Shown here in pieces: positions 59,640 to 64,000 of a DNA stretch of 64,000 nt (position 1 is the stretch's first letter; each line of letters starts with the position of its first letter). The notes under the pieces are model-generated. The model did no database searches and was not told where the DNA came from. It saw only the letters and a program-made list of their open reading frames with translations. This DNA is from an uncultured virus (IMG/VR IMGVR_UViG_3300008261_000014) (taxonomy: Duplodnaviria > Heunggongvirae > Uroviricota > Caudoviricetes). Location of the stretch: positions 1 through 64,000 of the IMG/VR virus record IMGVR_UViG_3300008261_000014, one strand, 5' to 3'. The position numbers and the translations under genes were made by a program.

Positions 59640-60910
59640 TGAACATAGCAACCAGAACAAACTCATTTGAGGGAACAAACTTTGACCCTGAATACTTAGT
59701 TGACGAAAGAAAAACTTCTTCTATCTTTGTAAGCATTATTGGAGAAAACGAAGGTGTTTATGACACTATTGAAAGTTTATATAACAATGCAAGAGATCCA
59801 GGAAACCTATTTGTTAGTTGTACTATAGGAATAGTTGGTCATGGATTTCAAAACTATATAGGTCTAGAGCCACCAATCAATCATCCAAATTTAAGAATTT
59901 CATACGTTCCTACTTCTTATGTTGCTTTGGACGGCAAAGAAAAAAACTATATCTATGATACCTATGGCAAACTAAGAATGTTTACAGACTCTAAATACAA
60001 TAATGAAACATACTTCATGACTATAGGATCTGATATGCGTTTTGATCCAGACTGGGACATTGTTCTACTTAAACAATATCAGTCACTTGCTGAGTTTGAT
60101 TCAAAGGTTTTGCTTACTGCATTTCCAAGAGCCTATCTGCCACATGACAACGAAACAGAAGGTTTTAAGTTTTACATGAATCATAAAGAAATGACTACTC
60201 TACAAAGAGAAGAGTATGACGGTGCAAGGTATCCAAGTTCTGGCATTATGGAAAACTCTACTATGGTTAGATTTCTAGACAGCACAGAAGGAATCCAAAA
60301 AGATGAAGAGTTAGATGAATTCTATGATGAATTACAAATGCACAAAGACTTTTTATTTGATAATGGATTCCCATTGTACTATGGACTTAAGTTTAAAGAG
60401 AATGAAGTTATAGCAAAAACAAATGCTTTATCTTTATACTTTTTGTTTGGCAAAGCCAAAGATATTAATAGAATTAATAAAGCATCGGAAAAGACTTTAT
60501 CAATTCATGAAGACAACTTTAAAACTACTTTAAAGTTTTTTAAAGAAGGTTTTTCTTTCTACAGTATGAGATGGACACCCATCTATAAGCACTATGGATC
60601 AAGGCTGTTCCTTACAAGGACGGGCATTGACTGGGAAGAAACAAAGGTATATGAAGATTCAAACTTTAAAGATACCGAATCTTATAAAGAAATTAAAGAG
60701 ATTGTAGATTCTTTTATTGATTCAAAAGATGAAAAATTAATCTTTGATTTTAATACTTTCTTTGGTATAGATTGGGAAGGTCTAGTCTTTAAGACAAAGA
60801 CACATAGGTCAAAAAATAGTCTTGTTAATTTAATTAACTCGATGATTTCAATGTACTCATTTTCTACACAAGAAAACTCTTTGCATTGGAATAAAAGGTA
60901 TGTCAAGTAA
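59639..60910 (+). CDS. GT-A glycosyltransferase, GT60/Gnt1 (hydroxyproline GlcNAc-transferase)-like
   Basis: IFVSI...TIESLY.NA..P..L...Y..E.YFM.IGSDMRF.PDWD..L...KVLLTAFP resembles the family pattern IFVSIASYRD...E.Y..QIDSHMRF...WD as recalled. Confidence 0.65.
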   Translation: MNIATRTNSFEGTNFDPEYLVDERKTSSIFVSIIGENEGVYDTIESLYNNARDPGNLFVSCTIGIVGHGFQNYIGLEPPINHPNLRISYVPTSYVALDGKEKNYIYDTYGKLRMFTDSKYNNETYFMTIGSDMRFDPDWDIVLLKQYQSLAEFDSKVLLTAFPRAYLPHDNETEGFKFYMNHKEMTTLQREEYDGARYPSSGIMENSTMVRFLDSTEGIQKDEELDEFYDELQMHKDFLFDNGFPLYYGLKFKENEVIAKTNALSLYFLFGKAKDINRINKASEKTLSIHEDNFKTTLKFFKEGFSFYSMRWTPIYKHYGSRLFLTRTGIDWEETKVYEDSNFKDTESYKEIKEIVDSFIDSKDEKLIFDFNTFFGIDWEGLVFKTKTHRSKNSLVNLINSMISMYSFSTQENSLHWNKRYVK

Positions 60911-61601
60911 AAAAATACAATTTTCTTTAATTGATCCACTGTTGTCTGAGGCTGCACCAAAACCAGAGCCTGCCAATAAGAACCTTCCAGATTGGTATAA
61001 GTCTATGGATACTTACATCGGTGGTAAGTTTGATGGAATGAACGCTACTATGAAAAAATGTGTTCCTATTTTGGATTCATTGTCTACTGGCTATGTAATA
61101 AAAACATGGACGGACATCTTGGTTAAAAGAGATGGGCATGGTAACGTAGATGTTTCCTGGTCTATGGATTACGACACTAAAGCAGTAGAGGGACATACAG
61201 ACGATCAGGTAATTGGATATCCAGTGCCGTATGGTTATGAAGATACTGTTTTAAAGTTTATTAATCCTTGGAGAATTACTACCCCAGATGGTTACAGTAC
61301 AATGTTTTTTCAACCACCACATCGTGAAGATCTTCCATTTAAGATCATTCCAGGGTTTGTAGACACTGACAGATTTCCTTTAGTCATTAACTTTCCTTTT
61401 CACATCAGAAAAGATTTCGCTGGTGTAATCCCTTACGGAACTCCAATATGTCACGTTGTGCCATTTAAAAGAGATTCGTTTACTGCTGAGTACTCAGTAG
61501 ATGAAAGCAGAGGTTATCAACAAACAATGCTTAATAAGCACAACACATCTTTCGTCAATAGATATAAAAATCTATGGTGGAATAGAAAAGAATATAGATA
61601 G
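60900..61601 (+). CDS. Conserved hypothetical protein (paralog of 38736-39491)
   Basis: Motifs shared with the paralog. Confidence 0.7.
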   Translation: MSSKKIQFSLIDPLLSEAAPKPEPANKNLPDWYKSMDTYIGGKFDGMNATMKKCVPILDSLSTGYVIKTWTDILVKRDGHGNVDVSWSMDYDTKAVEGHTDDQVIGYPVPYGYEDTVLKFINPWRITTPDGYSTMFFQPPHREDLPFKIIPGFVDTDRFPLVINFPFHIRKDFAGVIPYGTPICHVVPFKRDSFTAEYSVDESRGYQQTMLNKHNTSFVNRYKNLWWNRKEYR

Positions 61602-61615
61602 GGTATACTACGACA

Positions 61616-61978
61616 ATGATTATTTATGCATACGCACACGACGACTTTAACAGTTACGCAGACTTTATGCGTGGGCTGACAGTTGCCATTGAAACGTATA
61701 AGAATTCTGAGGACAACAGGATCGACATCTGGTGTGGTGGCCCTCACATGTTAAATGATTTTACTGCAGAGTATTGCAATAGGACTTCGGCTTACTTTAA
61801 GCAAAAGAAAATCAAAATAAAGTATCATCGTGTGCCCAAACAACTCTTCCTAGATGAACTTGACAAAGGTCCTGTAGAAATGGTATTATATTTTAGTGCT
61901 AAAGAGTACAATCCGTATTTTGACCCTATTATGAGTAAGGCTGAAAATATGGAAATACCTACAAGGATCTATAAATGA
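61616..61978 (+). CDS. Hypothetical protein
   Basis: ORF with TATACT 6 nt upstream of ATG. Confidence 0.55.
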   Translation: MIIYAYAHDDFNSYADFMRGLTVAIETYKNSEDNRIDIWCGGPHMLNDFTAEYCNRTSAYFKQKKIKIKYHRVPKQLFLDELDKGPVEMVLYFSAKEYNPYFDPIMSKAENMEIPTRIYK

Positions 61979-62208
61979 TCACAAGGAGAGAAATGAAGAT
62001 TAACAAGTTAGAACAAGCAGAAGCAATCGTTGCAAAGTCTAAGGACCTACATTGGGACGGCTGGACAATTGTAAAGTTTAAGAGAAGCAAGGCTGCAGAG
62101 TTTAGCAAAGATGGAATGCGTTACAAGGGCGTATGGGGCTTTGCGAATAGATATGTCCCCACAAAGGACGGATGGAACCTTCCTAATGAATCTATTCGAA
62201 GAGACTAA
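61975..62208 (+). CDS. Hypothetical protein
   Basis: AGGAG RBS suggests start at ATG 61993; WDGW motif. Confidence 0.55.
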   Translation: MITRREMKINKLEQAEAIVAKSKDLHWDGWTIVKFKRSKAAEFSKDGMRYKGVWGFANRYVPTKDGWNLPNESIRRD

Positions 62209-62470
62209 TTGGCAAGTTCGAGGAATTTGTCAGGACCTTGAAGTAAATGAATTCTTTGATAAATATGAGGAAGACAAAGAAGTTGCTGCCTCTACAGATA
62301 AGATTTGTATTAACTGCCCTGTTATAAAGCAGTGCTTTGAATATGGAACTAACACTATGTCCTGGGGAGTTTGGGGTGGAGTTTATTTGGCAGATGGAAA
62401 GCCAGATAATATGAAGAATGCCCATAAAACTTCAGAGACATGGAATAAGATAATCGAGAAGATAGGATAA
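62186..62470 (+). CDS. whiB: WhiB-family transcription factor
   Basis: W...G.C...FF...C..CPV...C...GVWGG four-Cys motif; ATG 62186 preferred over 62111. Confidence 0.88.
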   Translation: MNLFEETNWQVRGICQDLEVNEFFDKYEEDKEVAASTDKICINCPVIKQCFEYGTNTMSWGVWGGVYLADGKPDNMKNAHKTSETWNKIIEKIG

Positions 62471-62473
62471 GAA

Positions 62474-62731
62474 ATGGCTACGAAGTTCACTCCAGAGATG
62501 CGAAAGGCTGTTCGAGATTTAAAACCACCTTATGGCGTGGTGATAGATTTTGTTGAATACCCAGACTACATAGGACTTAGAACTTATGAAAATCAGGTTA
62601 TGGCTATGAGTGAACAACGACAAGTAGGCCTCATGGAGTATATGCAGATGCTTAGAAAGATCATTGAAAGTTTTGGTGTCAAGTGTCATTTTGACGGCAA
62701 AGCAGGAGATCCACCAAGGGGTAAAAAATGA
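62474..62731 (+). CDS. Hypothetical protein
   Basis: ORF after whiB. Confidence 0.55.
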   Translation: MATKFTPEMRKAVRDLKPPYGVVIDFVEYPDYIGLRTYENQVMAMSEQRQVGLMEYMQMLRKIIESFGVKCHFDGKAGDPPRGKK

Positions 62732-62922
62732 AAGACATTGAACTATCTAGACCAGTTTGGATCATAGACGAAGAAGTTGTTGGTAATCTAATTAGTGAGG
62801 GCGTTCACGCTTCAACCATTGAATGGATTAAAGATGGCATCTATTATAAAGAGATGTTAATTATTGAAGAATATAATGAACTGGAAGACTTAGGATTCCC
62901 TTACGAAGTAGACGGCGAGTAA
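62728..62922 (+). CDS. Hypothetical protein
   Basis: Coupled ORF. Confidence 0.5.
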   Translation: MKDIELSRPVWIIDEEVVGNLISEGVHASTIEWIKDGIYYKEMLIIEEYNELEDLGFPYEVDGE

Positions 62923-63957
62923 ATGAGAAAGTATAACAACGTTAAGGCACTATGCTTTGATGATATTCTTTTGGTGCCACAACAGTCAGGTGTTAAAAGT
63001 AGATCAGACGTAGACCTATCTATGACTATTGGAGTTAGGCCAGAAGCACAGATCACATTGTCTACTCCAATTATCTCTGCACCTATGGACACTGTTACTG
63101 AATGGGAGATGGCTTCTCATATGTCTAGGCTTGGTGGTCTAGGTATAATCCATAGGTATATGGATGAGGTAGAGCAGGTAAGACAAGTTAAACTTGTTTC
63201 CGAAATGGGATTTGTAGTTGGTGCAGCAGTTGCTGCTACTGGATACTATGAGTCACACGCCTTAGAATTAGAAGAGGCTGGAGCAAAAGTAATATGTGTT
63301 GATACAGCAAATGGTCACAGTGATTATGCACTAGAAGCCGTAAAGAAATTGAGAGCAGTTTTAAATCCTGCTACACACATTATGGCTGGCAATGTTTCAA
63401 CAGCAGAAGGATACAAGATGCTATTGCAGATGGGTGCAGACTCTGTTCGTGTTGGAATTGGTGGTGGTGCAGCCTGCACTACTAGGATTGTAACTGGGCA
63501 CGGAAGGCCAACCCTACAGTCCATCTTAGATTGCTTTAATGATGAATCAGTATCTAATCTGGGAATCATTGCAGATGGTGGAATTAGGAACTCAGGAGAT
63601 ATGGTTAAGTCTTTTGCAGCAGGGGCATCTGCAGTTATGCTAGGATCTGCTTTGGCAGGACACGACGAGGCTCCAGGAGACATTATTGATGGCTTTAAGT
63701 CTTTCCGTGGGATGGCTTCAAGTGAGGCTCAGGAGGCCTGGAGAGGCTATTCTGCAGGTTCTGAGGGTATATCTACTAAGGTACCATACAAGGGGGCAGT
63801 TGAAGATAGTCTAAATAAATTTAGATTAGGCCTAGGCTCAGGGTGTTCTTATTCTGGATCTCACAGCCTGTCAGATTTGCAAGAAGACTCCGAATATGAT
63901 ACAGTATCTATAGCAAGTTTAAACGAATCCAAACCACACGCAAGGGGATCAGCATGA
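62923..63957 (+). CDS. guaB: IMP dehydrogenase / GMP reductase family enzyme, no CBS domains
   Basis: FDDILLVP, SAPMDTVTE, DTANGH, AGNV, GIGGGAACTT catalytic Cys, IIADGGI, FRGMAS. Confidence 0.88.
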   Translation: MRKYNNVKALCFDDILLVPQQSGVKSRSDVDLSMTIGVRPEAQITLSTPIISAPMDTVTEWEMASHMSRLGGLGIIHRYMDEVEQVRQVKLVSEMGFVVGAAVAATGYYESHALELEEAGAKVICVDTANGHSDYALEAVKKLRAVLNPATHIMAGNVSTAEGYKMLLQMGADSVRVGIGGGAACTTRIVTGHGRPTLQSILDCFNDESVSNLGIIADGGIRNSGDMVKSFAAGASAVMLGSALAGHDEAPGDIIDGFKSFRGMASSEAQEAWRGYSAGSEGISTKVPYKGAVEDSLNKFRLGLGSGCSYSGSHSLSDLQEDSEYDTVSIASLNESKPHARGSA

Positions 63958-64000
63958 CCTGTATAGTCTCAACCGTTAGTTCACAGTATGCAGTATTGGC
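63954..64000 (+). CDS. Start of a truncated gene (MTCIVSTV...), possibly Ntn-hydrolase/proteasome-beta-like
   Basis: ATGA overlap; M-T-C-I-V start; only 15 codons visible. Confidence 0.3.
   Translation, partial: MTCIVSTVSSQYAVL

Noticed and set aside
1300..63683. Minus-strand and nested ORFs in the track (e.g. 35218-35706, 36173-36619, 43101-43565)
   Set aside because: They are shadows of + strand genes or of low-complexity repeats and have no recognisable motifs

Overview
A 64-kb segment of a large, AT-rich, long-tailed dsDNA phage genome, with essentially all genes on the + strand. A WhiB-family gene and leaderless-type promoters point to an actinobacterial host (inference), and the gene order recalls large Streptomyces-type and freshwater actinophages. 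Order of modules: (1) tail module with tube, frameshifted chaperones, tape measure with M23 peptidase, hub and fibres; (2) replication and recombination genes (DnaB, primase, SSB, DnaE, RecA, Cas4-like, RuvC-like); (3) terminase; (4) a lysis and accessory island with M23 and CHAP hydrolases, secreted proteins, tRNA-Asp, two HNH genes and a candidate ~110-nt structured RNA; (5) a large fibre and virion-decoration cluster followed directly by three 2OG-Fe(II) oxygenase-like genes and a GT60/Gnt1-like glycosyltransferase; (6) whiB and an IMPDH-like gene. Top leads: a putative proline-hydroxylation plus hydroxyproline-glycosylation system acting on a collagen-like fibre, the orphan ncRNA, two +1 frame breaks in essential tail genes, and an ATT-initiated secreted PA14 protein. 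All calls come from motif recognition by eye; no searches were run.
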